Counted from the first letter of the stretch, positions 9,945-20,691 are shown. The stretch: 64,000 nucleotides of DNA from an uncultured Chlamydiae bacterium (GCA_963696295.1 CAVOJR010000001.1:288001-352000), one strand, 5' to 3'. Made by a program: numbers and translations. The notes: generated by a model not told the origin, from the sequence alone.

Positions 9945-10633
9945 ACTACTATCTCCTCATTTTTATCTTGATAAATCTCTGGTCGCACTCTTTTTGTCTT
10001 GGCTTCAGCTCGTTCTTTACGCCATTTTGCAATGTTCTTATGGTGTCCGCTTAACAACACCTCCGGAACCATTTTGCCTTCAAAGACCTCCGGTCTCGTA
10101 TAGTGCGGGCAATCAAATATTCCATCTTCAAAAGAGTCTTCCTCAGCTGCGCCCGCGTGCCCCAAAAAATCGGGAATAAAACGGGAAACGACATCAACTA
10201 ATACTATGGCCGCAATGCATCCGTTAGTCAGCACGTAATCGCCGATGCTAATTTCTTCGTCCACTTCGCTTTCTAAAACTCTTTCATCTACTCCTTCGTA
10301 ATGGCCGCACAGCAGGATCAAATGTTTCTGCTGAGCCAGTTCGCGGCTTAACGCTGCGTCTAATTTTCGGCCTTGAGGGGACAGGTAAATGACCTTTGCT
10401 CCCTCTTTCTTTACGCTCCTTATAGCTTTTGCTACCGGTTCCGGCATCATCACCATTCCCGGGCCGCCGCCATAAGGCCGATCATCTACAGTTTTGTGCC
10501 GGTTGTCAGCAAAATCGCGAATATTCAACAGGTTGATTTCAATCAACCCATTTTCAACCGCCCTTTTGATCATACTGACATCAAAGGGGCCTTGAAAATA
10601 CTCGGGAAAAAGCGACAAAATGTCAAAACGCAT
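9941..10633 (-). CDS. trmD: tRNA (guanine37-N1)-methyltransferase
   Basis: [28 protein letters not shown]. Confidence 0.98.
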   Translation of the reverse strand: MRFDILSLFPEYFQGPFDVSMIKRAVENGLIEINLLNIRDFADNRHKTVDDRPYGGGPGMVMMPEPVAKAIRSVKKEGAKVIYLSPQGRKLDAALSRELAQQKHLILLCGHYEGVDERVLESEVDEEISIGDYVLTNGCIAAIVLVDVVSRFIPDFLGHAGAAEEDSFEDGIFDCPHYTRPEVFEGKMVPEVLLSGHHKNIAKWRKERAEAKTKRVRPEIYQDKNEEIVV

Positions 10634-10636
10634 GAG

Positions 10637-10963
10637 TTAAGCTTTATTTCTTTGCTTTCTTTTCTCAGCTTCTTTAGCGAGATGCGCCATCTCTTTTTCT
10701 TTCAGCTTCGTCACAATCTCCGGGCTTGCAGTACGCAGCAACGCTTTCACATTGTCAGACATCTCTGCGCCATGGTCCAGCCAATGCTGAACGCGTTCGC
10801 TGTTCACAGATATGTTGTCGACATTGTCTTTCTTAAGCGGATCGTACCAGCCTAAAGATTCATGATATTTGCCGTCGCGGCGAGTTCTTCCATCTGTCAC
10901 AACAAGACGGTAAAAAGGACGGTTTCTGCGCCCTTGCTGACGTAAGCGAATGATTAACGCCAT
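10637..10963 (-). CDS. rpsP: 30S ribosomal protein S16
   Basis: IRLRQQG, PFYRLVV, RDGK, LGWYDP. Confidence 0.97.
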   Translation of the reverse strand: MALIIRLRQQGRRNRPFYRLVVTDGRTRRDGKYHESLGWYDPLKKDNVDNISVNSERVQHWLDHGAEMSDNVKALLRTASPEIVTKLKEKEMAHLAKEAEKRKQRNKA

Positions 10964-12282
10964 TTATTTCCTCCCATTAACTTTTCCATATTTTTCATAT
11001 TAGGCATTTTTTTAAAAAATTGTTTTGCTTGCTTAAACGATTTGACAAGTTTATTCACATCGTCAATCGAAGTTCCGCTCCCTTTGGCGAGCCTCTTACG
11101 CCGTGGAACAATGAGTTCGCACTGCTCCAGACGCTCCTCCGGAGTCATCGATTGGATGATCGCTTCGACTTTAAAAAATTCTTTTTCGTCGAAATTCATC
11201 TCCTTCAGAGCCCCCATGCCCGGAAGCATCCCCAGCAATCCCTTAATCGACCCCATTTTTTTTACAGTCTGAATCTGATTAAGGTAATCTTCATACGTAA
11301 AGGTAGCCTTACGAATTTTTTGCTCTAACTTTTGAGCTTCTTCTTCGTTAATATGCTCTTTAGCTTTGCGCACGAGATTGATCGTATCGCCCATGCCTAA
11401 AATGCGATCTGCCATCGAGTGCGGATTAAAGACTTGCATATCATCGAGCTTTTCACCGACCCCTTCAAATAAAAGAGGTTTTCCGGTGACTTCGCGGATC
11501 GAGATGGCCGCGCCGCCGCGCGTGTTTCCATCAAGCATCGTCAAAATAGTGCCCGACATTTCCACGCGGGAATTAAATTCTCTGGCGATATTGACCGCGT
11601 CTTGGCCGGTCGTCGCGTTGGCCACAAACAAAATTTCCTGAGGATTGAGCATTGCCTTCAAGGAAACCAATTGCTGCATCATCTCTTCATCGATATGCAG
11701 CCTTCCGGCCGTATCGACGATTAAAAGATCAAACCCTTCCTCTTTAGCTTTCGCCAAAGCGGCTTTGGCCACGCGCAAGGGGTCTTGCTCCCCGTCGATG
11801 TGAAACACCGGCACGTGGGCATTCCGGCCCAGAACAATCAGCTGATCAATGGCGGCGGGCCGCTGCAGATCACAGGCAACCAGCATCGGCTTGCGGCATT
11901 TGCCCTCTTTTTTTAAGTGGTGCACCAGTTTGGCCGAGTGGGTCGTTTTGCCGGAACCCTGCAAGCCGCACATCATGATGATGGAGGGCTTCGACTTCAA
12001 ATCCAGCGTCACCTCGTTTCCACCCATTAACTGCACCAGTTCATCATGAACGACATTAATGAATTGCTGCCCGGGCGTCACCGACTTGATGACCGTATCT
12101 CCCAGCGCTTTCTCTTTCACCCGTTGAACTAAAATTTTGGCGACGGTGTAATTGACATCGGCTTCGAGCAGGGCCAGGCGAACTTCGCGCACCGCTTCCG
12201 CAATGTTTTCTTCATCGAGCTTCTTCTTTCCCGCGAGGCGCGAGCAAAGATTCTGCATTTTTTCCGTCAACATCCCAAGCAT
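10954..12282 (-). CDS. ffh: Signal recognition particle protein
   Basis: ALLEADV, GLQGSGKTT, DTAGR, RILGMGD, Met-rich M domain. Confidence 0.98.
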   Translation of the reverse strand: MLGMLTEKMQNLCSRLAGKKKLDEENIAEAVREVRLALLEADVNYTVAKILVQRVKEKALGDTVIKSVTPGQQFINVVHDELVQLMGGNEVTLDLKSKPSIIMMCGLQGSGKTTHSAKLVHHLKKEGKCRKPMLVACDLQRPAAIDQLIVLGRNAHVPVFHIDGEQDPLRVAKAALAKAKEEGFDLLIVDTAGRLHIDEEMMQQLVSLKAMLNPQEILFVANATTGQDAVNIAREFNSRVEMSGTILTMLDGNTRGGAAISIREVTGKPLLFEGVGEKLDDMQVFNPHSMADRILGMGDTINLVRKAKEHINEEEAQKLEQKIRKATFTYEDYLNQIQTVKKMGSIKGLLGMLPGMGALKEMNFDEKEFFKVEAIIQSMTPEERLEQCELIVPRRKRLAKGSGTSIDDVNKLVKSFKQAKQFFKKMPNMKNMEKLMGGNKWR

Positions 12283-12326
12283 AAATAGTTCATCTCATGT
12301 TAATGCTGGATAGAATACTTAAAAAA

Positions 12327-13172
12327 TCATTCAATTTCAAGGGAAAAGAAGCGATCGATTCCAGCATAGTCCCGTTCCACTTTGACATTTCTCCAATATT
12401 CTCCCCGAAACAGGTCTTTCAAATAATTTCCTTGATTATACCCGATCTCAAACCACACTTTTGCGCCCCTGTGGAGATGTTGAGGCAAACCGGCGGCCAG
12501 CCGTCTGTAAAAATCGTAACCGTCGCCGGCCACTAACGCGTTCTTCGGCTCAAAATCGCGCACTTCCGGCTCCAGCTTCAGGTATTCCTCATCGGAAACA
12601 TAAGGGGGGTTGCAGACGAAAAAGTGGCATTTTTGCCCTTTGAAGGGGGTTAAAAGGTCCCCTTCCTCCAAAATAACCTCGACCTCATTTTTTTTGGCGT
12701 TCTGCAGGGCGAGCGCCAGCGCTTGCGGGGAGATATCGGATAAAAAAACTTTTAGCTCCGGAAATTGTTTCTTCAAAGCGATGCCGATGCAGCCGGAGCC
12801 CGTGCACACATCCCATAAAACTTTTTCTTTCAAATCTACTTTTTTTAATTCCTGGACGATTTTATCGACCAGCTGTTCTGTTTCCTGGCGCGGGATGAGC
12901 ACCTCTTTCGCAACGTCAAAACGGCAATGGTAAAATTCGACTTCGCCGACGATATATTGGATCGGCTCTCTTTTGGCTTTGCGCCGCAAAAATTCCCGGC
13001 ACCTTTCCAGTTCTTTCTCGCTTAATGGTCGGTCAAATTCGAGGTAAAGCTGCAGGCGTTTGATATTGAGCGCTGCGCTGATCACCTCTTCTGCCAATTT
13101 TCTGGCGGGCTCTTGCTGCAGACGATGAAAATACTCTTTCGTCGCCTCTAAGATTTCCTGGACGGTTTTCAA
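12327..13172 (-). CDS. prmC: Release factor glutamine methyltransferase
   Basis: [26 protein letters not shown]. Confidence 0.96.
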   Translation of the reverse strand: MKTVQEILEATKEYFHRLQQEPARKLAEEVISAALNIKRLQLYLEFDRPLSEKELERCREFLRRKAKREPIQYIVGEVEFYHCRFDVAKEVLIPRQETEQLVDKIVQELKKVDLKEKVLWDVCTGSGCIGIALKKQFPELKVFLSDISPQALALALQNAKKNEVEVILEEGDLLTPFKGQKCHFFVCNPPYVSDEEYLKLEPEVRDFEPKNALVAGDGYDFYRRLAAGLPQHLHRGAKVWFEIGYNQGNYLKDLFRGEYWRNVKVERDYAGIDRFFSLEIE

Positions 13173-14236
13173 CTTTCAAACTTTTTTTGGTAGAAATGGG
13201 AAACTAATGAGGTGACAGTTTCTTCGAGCCTGCCTTCCATCACAAAGTCCAAATCGTAGCGGGTCATATTGATGCGGTGATCGGTGAGCCGGTTTTGCGG
13301 AAAATTATAGGTGCGGATCCGCTCCGAGCGGTCCCCCGTTCCGATCTGGGTCGACCGGGAAGAGGCCAGGGCTTTCATTTTCTTCTCCTCCTCGATAGCC
13401 GCGATTTTGGCTTTTAAGAGGCGAAGGGCCTTCTCTTTGTTCTTATGCTGGGAGCGCTCCTCCTGGCAATAGGTCACAATACCTGTGGGAAGGTGGGTCA
13501 GACGGACGGCGCTGTCGGTGGTGTTGACGTGCTGGCCGCCGGCTCCCGAAGAGCGGTAGGTGTCGATGCGCAAATCCTTCTCGTCGACCTCAACTTCCGA
13601 TTCTTCATCGGGCTCCGGAAGGATGGCAACCGTGATGGTCGAGGTGTGCACCCGCCCTTGAGCTTCCGTTTCCGGCACGCGCTGCACGCGGTGGGCGCCC
13701 CCTTCAAATTGCAATAAGCGATGGACGTTCGGTCCGGAAAGCACCATGATATATTCTTTATAACCGCCTATATCTGAAGGACTTGAAGAAAGCTCTTCAT
13801 ACTTCCAGCCCATCTGATCGGCAAATAACTTATACATCCGCACGCAATCGCCGACAAAAAGGGCGGCTTCATCGCCACCGGCGCCGGCGCGCAGCTCTAT
13901 AATGGTGTTTCTATGATCGTTAGGATCGGGCGGGACAAGCAGGTTTTCTAACTTCGCCTGCAAATATTCGATTTTTGGCTTCAGAAGAGCGATATCCTGG
14001 CGTAAAACCTGGGCGAACTCCTCATCTTCCTCTTTGCGCAGCATCTGCTCATTGTCCTCGAGCTCCTGCTTCGAGCGCTGGAGATTTTTCCAGACGTCGT
14101 TAATTTCGGATAGATAGGAGTGTTCCTGGGTTAAAGCGCGGTAGGCTTTCTGATCGGAAAAAGCTTCCGCGGAACCAAGTTTATCCTCAACCTCTTTTAA
14201 GCGGTTGAGGAGCTCTGTCACTTTCTTTTCTAACAT
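13169..14236 (-). CDS. prfA: Peptide chain release factor 1
   Basis: [10 protein letters not shown] (PxT), [17 protein letters not shown]. Confidence 0.98.
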   Translation of the reverse strand: MLEKKVTELLNRLKEVEDKLGSAEAFSDQKAYRALTQEHSYLSEINDVWKNLQRSKQELEDNEQMLRKEEDEEFAQVLRQDIALLKPKIEYLQAKLENLLVPPDPNDHRNTIIELRAGAGGDEAALFVGDCVRMYKLFADQMGWKYEELSSSPSDIGGYKEYIMVLSGPNVHRLLQFEGGAHRVQRVPETEAQGRVHTSTITVAILPEPDEESEVEVDEKDLRIDTYRSSGAGGQHVNTTDSAVRLTHLPTGIVTYCQEERSQHKNKEKALRLLKAKIAAIEEEKKMKALASSRSTQIGTGDRSERIRTYNFPQNRLTDHRINMTRYDLDFVMEGRLEETVTSLVSHFYQKKFES

Positions 14237-14475
14237 TATCTCTTATAACGCTTCAGGAATTTATCAACGCGCCCTTCAGAGTCAACAAATTTGTTGCTGC
14301 CTGTGAAGAATGGGTGTGAAGCCGAAGAAACGGAAATATGGCAAACGGGATATTCAACGCCTTCATGCACTTGAGTTTCTTTTGTTTCCAAGGTGGAACC
14401 AATTAAAAATTTACGACCGGTGGACGAATCGATAAATAAAACTTTACGGTAGTTAGGGTGAGTGTTTTTTTTCAT
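14236..14475 (-). CDS. rpmE: 50S ribosomal protein L31, type B (no Zn-ribbon CxxC)
   Basis: [32 protein letters not shown] before ATG 14475. Confidence 0.95.
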   Translation of the reverse strand: MKKNTHPNYRKVLFIDSSTGRKFLIGSTLETKETQVHEGVEYPVCHISVSSASHPFFTGSNKFVDSEGRVDKFLKRYKR

Positions 14476-14589
14476 TCTTATGAACTCCAATGGTATTTTA
14501 ACTGAAGTTATACTAGTCTGTTTTTCAATAAATCACAACCAAAATTGCAATGCTGTACCGAAAAAAGTTTTTTTTGGTATAATCTACCT

Positions 14590-15489
14590 ATGACTTACAC
14601 ATCGCCCTACAGATTTACCCCGGGCCTCACGCCCGCCGTGATCAAATACCTGATCATCACCACCTGCGCCGTCAGCATTTTCGCCGCGCTTACAAACAAC
14701 CTTTTCACCTCTATTTTCCAGGCCCCCGGGCCCCAGGATTGGCTAAGCCTCTCCTGGTACGGGTTGAAACATCTCTATATCTGGCAGTTTGTCAGTTATC
14801 TGTTTCTCCAGTATTCAGGCTTTGGCGGAATCACATTCAGCTTCCTGATCAACTTGACCTTGAGCATGTATTTTCTGTGGATCCTGGGCTCCATTATCCA
14901 TGAGCGCGTGGGAGACGGCCCCTTTTTGCGCCTTTATCTGCTGTCCGGCGTTTTTGCCGGCCTCGCCGCCCTCCTTGTCATGCCCATCACCGGCTATAGC
15001 GCTCTCGCCGGCCCGGCCCCGGCCCTGCTCGCCTTATTGGTCGTCTGGACCATGCTCCATCCCGGCGCCGAAATTCTGCTCTTTTTCCTTATCCCGATCC
15101 AGGCCAAATGGCTGGCCTTAGGAGTTCTCGGTGCGGTCCTCCTGGTAAGCCTCGCCCAGCTCGACTTAGGCTACGCCGTCTTCTATTTTTCGGGCGCTCT
15201 CTTTGGCTACCTCTATGCTTTGCTTGCCTGGAATCTGGAAGGGCCCTTTCCGGCCACCCACCCCTTTGATCATGCCATCGCAAGGATCGGCATCAAAGTC
15301 CGCCACCGCCTCAACAAGTGGCGGAATAAAAAAGAGGAGAATTCTAAAAAAATTATCCAGTTTCCCTTGAATGACGATCAATTTGTCGACGCCATGCTCA
15401 GCAAGATTTCCCGCTACGGGGAAAACTCCCTTTCCTGGAGCGAGCGGCGCCGGATGGATGAGATCGCCCGCAAAAAGTCAAGAAACTGA
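14590..15489 (+). CDS. Rhomboid-family membrane protein with C-terminal DUF6576-like helix pair; catalytic residues apparently lost
   Basis: WQFVSYLF, LGSIIHERVG, FLRLYLLSG, C-terminal VDAMLSKISRYGENSLS. Confidence 0.8.
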   Translation: MTYTSPYRFTPGLTPAVIKYLIITTCAVSIFAALTNNLFTSIFQAPGPQDWLSLSWYGLKHLYIWQFVSYLFLQYSGFGGITFSFLINLTLSMYFLWILGSIIHERVGDGPFLRLYLLSGVFAGLAALLVMPITGYSALAGPAPALLALLVVWTMLHPGAEILLFFLIPIQAKWLALGVLGAVLLVSLAQLDLGYAVFYFSGALFGYLYALLAWNLEGPFPATHPFDHAIARIGIKVRHRLNKWRNKKEENSKKIIQFPLNDDQFVDAMLSKISRYGENSLSWSERRRMDEIARKKSRN

Positions 15490-16188
15490 AGCCGGTGCTT
15501 TTTCCCTGCTGGTTAAATAGGCGCAAAGGGCGGTGAAGGCGACCGATCCAACCGCGCCAATAAGATTCTTTTTTAAAATACTCACAGCGAAAACAGTGCT
15601 GGTTAAACCCTTAACTACTTCTCCAGCTACTCGGTGTATCTTCCTGTCTATGCAGCCAAAGAGCTTATAATTGGTATTTCCCATCAAAGAAGCCACTGCA
15701 GACACGGCTCCCAGAGCTACAGGATTCCACCCAAAAACATTCGCCAAGAAGACTCCCCCAGCAGCTCCTCCCAAAACAGCAGCCGGATAGGGAAAAATCA
15801 CATAGGTGTTTTTTTTAATGGGGTCGTCAATGGTTGTTGCTTTCCAGTATGTCGCTAAACAAGCGACAGCAAGAGAGCCCGCTGCCAGAAAGGCATTGGA
15901 GGAAGCAAGGGTTGCTAAACCCAATTTATACATAATCGCTAAGGTTAAGACGGCGCTCCCGCCATTTTCCACGAAAGCATGAAGGCAATTAACTTCATAG
16001 CGCGCTTTGAAATCACACTTCAGAGGAGTTGTCTGTAAATAATTGTGCATAACACTCTTGATTACGGCATTGAGGCCGCCTGCTACAGCATACGGCAAGG
16101 GGTTCGCTCCCAGAGCAAAACCGGTAAACCCGCAAAGACCCGCGTTGACAGCACTTTGAACAGCGATTTGCTGCAGACTAAACGACAT
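15478..16188 (-). CDS. Hypothetical multi-pass membrane protein
   Basis: GGAGG RBS before ATG 16188; Ala/Gly-rich hydrophobic segments. Confidence 0.7.
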   Translation of the reverse strand: MSFSLQQIAVQSAVNAGLCGFTGFALGANPLPYAVAGGLNAVIKSVMHNYLQTTPLKCDFKARYEVNCLHAFVENGGSAVLTLAIMYKLGLATLASSNAFLAAGSLAVACLATYWKATTIDDPIKKNTYVIFPYPAAVLGGAAGGVFLANVFGWNPVALGAVSAVASLMGNTNYKLFGCIDRKIHRVAGEVVKGLTSTVFAVSILKKNLIGAVGSVAFTALCAYLTSREKAPASVS

Positions 16189-16328
16189 AATTACCTCCAA
16201 TTTTTAATAAAGAATATGGCTTTATCAGGTTTTATGTCAATTAAAATTGAAACTACCACTTTAATAAACATTGACATTTTCTTCACAATATATTAACATT
16301 TAGTAAATTTTTATTGATAGAAACTATT

Positions 16329-17027
16329 ATGAAAAACGAAAAGTTACAGCCTTCCTTGCTGCTTGGCGTCTTTTGCTGCGAGAGCGCAAGGATTCCGGAA
16401 AAATCGATCCAAACCCAAAAATCGTACCCCGAGCTCTACGATCTCAGGGAACAGATAGAGATAGACCGGAACGGACCCCACCACCGCCCTTATTCCGCCA
16501 ATAAGAAAAGGGTCATGGCCTACCAGGGGATCTTTCTTGGATTCAGCCTGGTCTTTTTGACCCTGGCCGGACTGATGTGCTTCAAAACCACCAATTGGAC
16601 CTGCTCGCTGCTTTTCGGCAATTTCATGATGATCAAAACCTTCATTATCACCCTTTCCCTCTTCCTGTTTCTCTCCTCCATGTGGGTGGCGCTCTCTATG
16701 CGTACCGAGAGAGAAGCGATCAATCACTTGACCAAACGCGCCAAAAAACGGCTGTCTAAAATGTATGACCGCCTGAAGGCCGAACTCGGAATCACCTCTT
16801 TTTACTCCTTTAGCGACCCAAAAGCGCTCTGTCTTAAGCATCTTTATAGAGAAGCGCGCGATAAAATCGAGGATCGCCGGGAGGAGACCCTGCTTTTATT
16901 CAGCCGGATCAAGGACAGCAAGGATGTAGACCCGGAAATCAAAGAGGATCTTTACAATCAGGCAATTCTGGAATTCCACGATCAGCTCTATACAGTGATA
17001 CTCGCCTTCAAGCATACGGCCATTTGA
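16329..17027 (+). CDS. Membrane protein with bilobed hydrophobic domain and helical tail (Inc-like)
   Basis: Two closely spaced TM segments followed by a charged coiled-coil. Confidence 0.7.
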   Translation: MKNEKLQPSLLLGVFCCESARIPEKSIQTQKSYPELYDLREQIEIDRNGPHHRPYSANKKRVMAYQGIFLGFSLVFLTLAGLMCFKTTNWTCSLLFGNFMMIKTFIITLSLFLFLSSMWVALSMRTEREAINHLTKRAKKRLSKMYDRLKAELGITSFYSFSDPKALCLKHLYREARDKIEDRREETLLLFSRIKDSKDVDPEIKEDLYNQAILEFHDQLYTVILAFKHTAI

Positions 17028-17053
17028 CTTCCAGCCCCCTCTTACTGTATAAT
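17024..17053 (+). promoter_or_regulatory. Sigma70/66 promoter, probably giving a leaderless mRNA
   Basis: TTGACT-N18-TATAAT, 7 nt before ATG 17061, no RBS. Confidence 0.55.
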
Positions 17054-17060
17054 CGCTTGT

Positions 17061-17318
17061 ATGGATTATGAAGAAGAAACCCACCCTTTTTACGGCTATA
17101 CGATCGTCAGAAATGAGCAGCAGGAGCTTGTGCAGTCTCTCTTGCGGAAATACAAAAAGGAAGCGGCTACCGAGGAGCTGAAAAAAAAGATCTGGGACGA
17201 ACTGCAGAAAGAAAAATACCTGGGACGCCTCACCATTCCGTTTAAGGTTGTGTTAAGGCGGGACCCCACAGGGAAATTTCCCGACTATATTGAGGTGATT
17301 CTCGACACAAAAGTTTAG
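17061..17318 (+). CDS. Small hypothetical protein, probably conserved in chlamydiae
   Basis: 85-aa ORF upstream of rpsO. Confidence 0.75.
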   Translation: MDYEEETHPFYGYTIVRNEQQELVQSLLRKYKKEAATEELKKKIWDELQKEKYLGRLTIPFKVVLRRDPTGKFPDYIEVILDTKV

Positions 17319-17376
17319 GGAAAAATCTCGAACCCCCCCCAGTTTCCCTAGGAAAAACGAAAGTGAAAGATGGGTC

Positions 17377-17406
17377 TTGATTTATAAATTCTTAACATGC
17401 TATAAT
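17377..17406 (+). promoter_or_regulatory. rpsO promoter
   Basis: TTGATT-N18 with extended -10 TGcTATAAT. Confidence 0.6.
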
Positions 17407-17486
17407 GATGCATCAAACGTTAATATTTCGTTAACAAAATATCGAAAATCAGCCAGATAATGGCTCAAAATACGGAGATTCTTTGA

Positions 17487-17756
17487 ATGTCTCTTGACAA
17501 AGGAACAAAAGAAGAAATTACCAAAAAATTTCAACTTCACGAAAAAGATACAGGGTCTGCGGACGTACAGATTGCTATCCTCACGGAGAGAATCACAGAG
17601 CTTACAGAACATTTGAAGCGAAACCCGAAAGATCATGGATCTCGACTTTCCCTGCTAAAATTAGTCGGCCAGCGCCGTCGCTTGCTCGACTATTTGAATT
17701 CCACAGACACTAAGCGCTACCAATCGCTTATTACCAAGTTAAAGCTAAGACGATAA
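17487..17756 (+). CDS. rpsO: 30S ribosomal protein S15
   Basis: [30 protein letters not shown]. Confidence 0.98.
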   Translation: MSLDKGTKEEITKKFQLHEKDTGSADVQIAILTERITELTEHLKRNPKDHGSRLSLLKLVGQRRRLLDYLNSTDTKRYQSLITKLKLRR

Positions 17757-17781
17757 TTAAGTCGGTTTTTTCTACAGTTAC

Positions 17782-17815
17782 AAACCTCTGCTCTTCGGGC
17801 CAGAGGTTTTTTTTT
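17782..17815 (+). terminator. Intrinsic terminator after rpsO
   Basis: AAACCTCTG...CAGAGGTTT plus long T run. Confidence 0.85.
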
Positions 17816-17855
17816 GTCCTTGTCAATTTTACATTTTTCCGTTAATCTTTCTTAA

Positions 17856-17953
17856 GTATTGGAATTTATATGGGAAATGACATAGAAATCAGAAATCTCA
17901 CCTCAAATCCTTTGAATTGAGTTTTCTGAATTCTACTTTCCCTATTCCAATAC
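17856..17953 (+). promoter_or_regulatory. Long imperfect stem-loop in the pnp leader (putative RNase III site)
   Basis: Nested pairings GTATTGGAAT/ATTCCAATAC, GGGAAA/TTTCCC, TAGAA/TTCTA, TCAGAAA/TTTCTGA, TCAAA/TTTGA. Confidence 0.65.
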
Positions 17954-17981
17954 ACATAAAATGTAACATGGAGTATGAAAT

Positions 17982-20084
17982 ATGGAACGAAAAACTAAAT
18001 CTGTTCAAGTCGGCAATCAAACCTTAATTTTTGAAACGGGTAAAATTGCCAAGCAAGCCAATGGAGCGGTTATTGTCCGCTCGGGCGACACCCTTATATT
18101 TACCTCGGCCTGCGCCCTGTCCGATCCCAACGCCGCCAAGGACTTTTTCCCTTTGCGCGTCGATTATCAGGAGAAATTCTTCTCAGCCGGCAAAACCGTC
18201 GGCGGCTTCTTTAAGAGAGAAGGGCGCCCCACCGAGAGAGAAACATTGACCTCCCGCCTGATCGACCGCCCAATAAGACCGATGTTCGAAGAGGGATATT
18301 GCGATGAAGTGCAGCTCCTCTCCTTCGTCTGGTCCTATGACGGCGTGAGCAGCACTGAACCTCTGGCCATCTGCTGCGCCTCGGCCGCCCTGGTGATCTC
18401 GGATATCCCCATGATAAAGCCGGTCGGCGCCGTCAGAGTCGGCATGATCAACGACCAATTCATCATCAACCCCACCCTCGAAGAGATGGAGAGCTCCAGG
18501 CTCGATCTCATGATCGCCGGAACCGAAGATGCCGTTCTGATGATTGAAGGCTTCTGCGACTTCCTGACCGAAAAACAAGTGATCGAAGCGATCGAAACCG
18601 GGCACAAATCAATACAGATCATCTGCCACGCACTAAAAGAGTGGCAGCAAGAGGTGGGCAAACCGAAAAACCGCTCCACCATCAAAAAAGTGCCGCAGGA
18701 AGCCGTCGACGCTGTAGAGAATATCGCCAAACCCCTGCTCGAAGACGCGCTGATGATCGTCAACAAGCAGGAACGGGAAACCGCCCTTGCCCAAGTCAAC
18801 GAAAAAGTGATGAAAACGCTCGCGCCGGAAGGGGAAGAGCCCCGTTTTGCGCTGAATGACATCAAAATCGCTCTCAAGCAAGTCTCCTCGAAATACATGC
18901 GCAAAATGATACTCGAGAAAAAGCACCGCACCGACGGCAGATCCACAACAGAAATTCGCGCGATCGACATCGAGCAAAGCCTGTTGCCCCGCACGCATGG
19001 AAGCAGCCTCTTTACCCGCGGCGAGACCCAGACGGTTGCCGTCTGTACGCTTGGCGGAGAGAGCATGGCGCAAAGATTTGAGAGCCTCGACGGAGAAGGG
19101 CAGCGCCGCTTTTACCTCCAGTACTTCTTCCCTCCCTTTTCGGTGGGTGAAGTGGGCCGTTTCGGCGCTCCCGGAAGACGTGAAATCGGACACGGCATAC
19201 TCGCTGAGCGCGCGTTAAAAGCCATACTGCCCGATCAGGCGGACTTCCCCTACACCATCCGCGTGGAATCGAACATCACCGAATCGAACGGCTCCTCCTC
19301 CATGGCCTCCGTTTGCGGCGGCTGCCTGGCGATGATGGATGCGGGCGTGCCCGTAAAAACACCGGTAGCCGGTATCGCGATGGGCTTGATCCTCGAAAAA
19401 GACCATCACGTCATCCTGTCTGATATCCTGGGGATAGAAGACGCTCTCGGCGACATGGACTTCAAGGTAGCCGGAAACAAAGACGGGATCACCGCTTTCC
19501 AGATGGACATCAAAGTGGAAGGGATCACCATCCCAATCATGGTTGAAGCCTTAGCTCAAGCCAAAGAAGGACGGATCCATATCCTCAACAAGATGATCGA
19601 AGCCTGTCCAAAACCAAAGGCCGAGCTATCCGCCTATGCGCCGCGCATTGAAACCCTGTTTATTAAGCCGAGCAAAATCGCCATAGTGATCGGTCCCGGC
19701 GGCAAGCAGATCCGTGCGATTATCGAAACGACCGGCGTAGAGATCAACATCGATGACGACGGACGCGTCAGCATCTCTTCCAATTCAAAGGAAGGGATCG
19801 AGCAGGCCAAGAGGATCATCGAAGATCTGACAGCCGAAGTGGAAATCGGCCGCACTTACGAAGGCAGAATCACTTCCGTGGTTCCCTTTGGCGTGTTTGT
19901 CGAGATTCTGCCCGGCAAAGAGGGCTTGTGCCACATCTCGGAATACGATCATGCGCGCATAAAGAGCCTGGACGAGATTGTCAAGCAAGGGGATATGATC
20001 TCCGTTAAGGTGCTTGATATCAATGACCGCGGTCAAGTGAAGTTAAGCCGCAAAGCCACGCTTTCCATCGCTCCAAGCGCCTAA
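17982..20084 (+). CDS. pnp: Polyribonucleotide nucleotidyltransferase
   Basis: SRLIDRPIRP, RREIGHG, ESNGSSSMAS, GDMDFKVAG, KH and S1 domains. Confidence 0.99.
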   Translation: MERKTKSVQVGNQTLIFETGKIAKQANGAVIVRSGDTLIFTSACALSDPNAAKDFFPLRVDYQEKFFSAGKTVGGFFKREGRPTERETLTSRLIDRPIRPMFEEGYCDEVQLLSFVWSYDGVSSTEPLAICCASAALVISDIPMIKPVGAVRVGMINDQFIINPTLEEMESSRLDLMIAGTEDAVLMIEGFCDFLTEKQVIEAIETGHKSIQIICHALKEWQQEVGKPKNRSTIKKVPQEAVDAVENIAKPLLEDALMIVNKQERETALAQVNEKVMKTLAPEGEEPRFALNDIKIALKQVSSKYMRKMILEKKHRTDGRSTTEIRAIDIEQSLLPRTHGSSLFTRGETQTVAVCTLGGESMAQRFESLDGEGQRRFYLQYFFPPFSVGEVGRFGAPGRREIGHGILAERALKAILPDQADFPYTIRVESNITESNGSSSMASVCGGCLAMMDAGVPVKTPVAGIAMGLILEKDHHVILSDILGIEDALGDMDFKVAGNKDGITAFQMDIKVEGITIPIMVEALAQAKEGRIHILNKMIEACPKPKAELSAYAPRIETLFIKPSKIAIVIGPGGKQIRAIIETTGVEINIDDDGRVSISSNSKEGIEQAKRIIEDLTAEVEIGRTYEGRITSVVPFGVFVEILPGKEGLCHISEYDHARIKSLDEIVKQGDMISVKVLDINDRGQVKLSRKATLSIAPSA

Positions 20085-20120
20085 CCTTCGAGGGGGGCCT
20101 CAGTTTGCCCCCCCCTAAGG
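20085..20120. terminator. GC-rich hairpin between convergent genes
   Basis: GGGGGGC...GCCCCCC stem; weak U-tract. Confidence 0.5.
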
Positions 20121-20627
20121 TATAATGACCGGATGGAGGTAATGCATATCCTCTTGATCGACATAGCCTTCAGGGGCTAGCGTTGAAAATTTGATGACTT
20201 TGAACATTTTTCCATATTCCACGTTGCATTTCGCGTTTGTAAATGCCTTTCCTATACAGCTGACAAAAAAAGTCACCTTTTTAATCGTACTCGTCTCGCT
20301 ATCACCAAAGGAGAAAGAAAATTCCAATCGCAATTCTTTGGTATAAGCACTTGGAATTTTATCTTTTACATTAATGATGTCTGTTAAAGCCTGGGTAGTT
20401 AAAGCTTTTTTAGCCTGCTTTTGCGCTTGATAGAGAATTGATTCTTTGTTATCGGCTTTAGCAGAAAATGTCAGGTCGACAGTATCCGGCAGCTCCTGAT
20501 ACCAATTATCCTCTTCCCAATTATTTACCTGCCAGCTCAAAACTTTCAGGACATCCTGTGTCAGATTGGGGGCTTGATAGAAGTAGCCTGTAACTTTATT
20601 ATAAGAGTCTGTGACGGAGCCGAACAT
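20115..20627 (-). CDS. Hypothetical protein
   Basis: 170-aa ORF with AAGGGG RBS. Confidence 0.65.
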   Translation of the reverse strand: MFGSVTDSYNKVTGYFYQAPNLTQDVLKVLSWQVNNWEEDNWYQELPDTVDLTFSAKADNKESILYQAQKQAKKALTTQALTDIINVKDKIPSAYTKELRLEFSFSFGDSETSTIKKVTFFVSCIGKAFTNAKCNVEYGKMFKVIKFSTLAPEGYVDQEDMHYLHPVIIP

Positions 20628-20691
20628 TTTTTCCCCTTAAATTTATCAATCAAGTTTATTTTGAATGGGTTAAAAAGTCAAGATGTCAACA

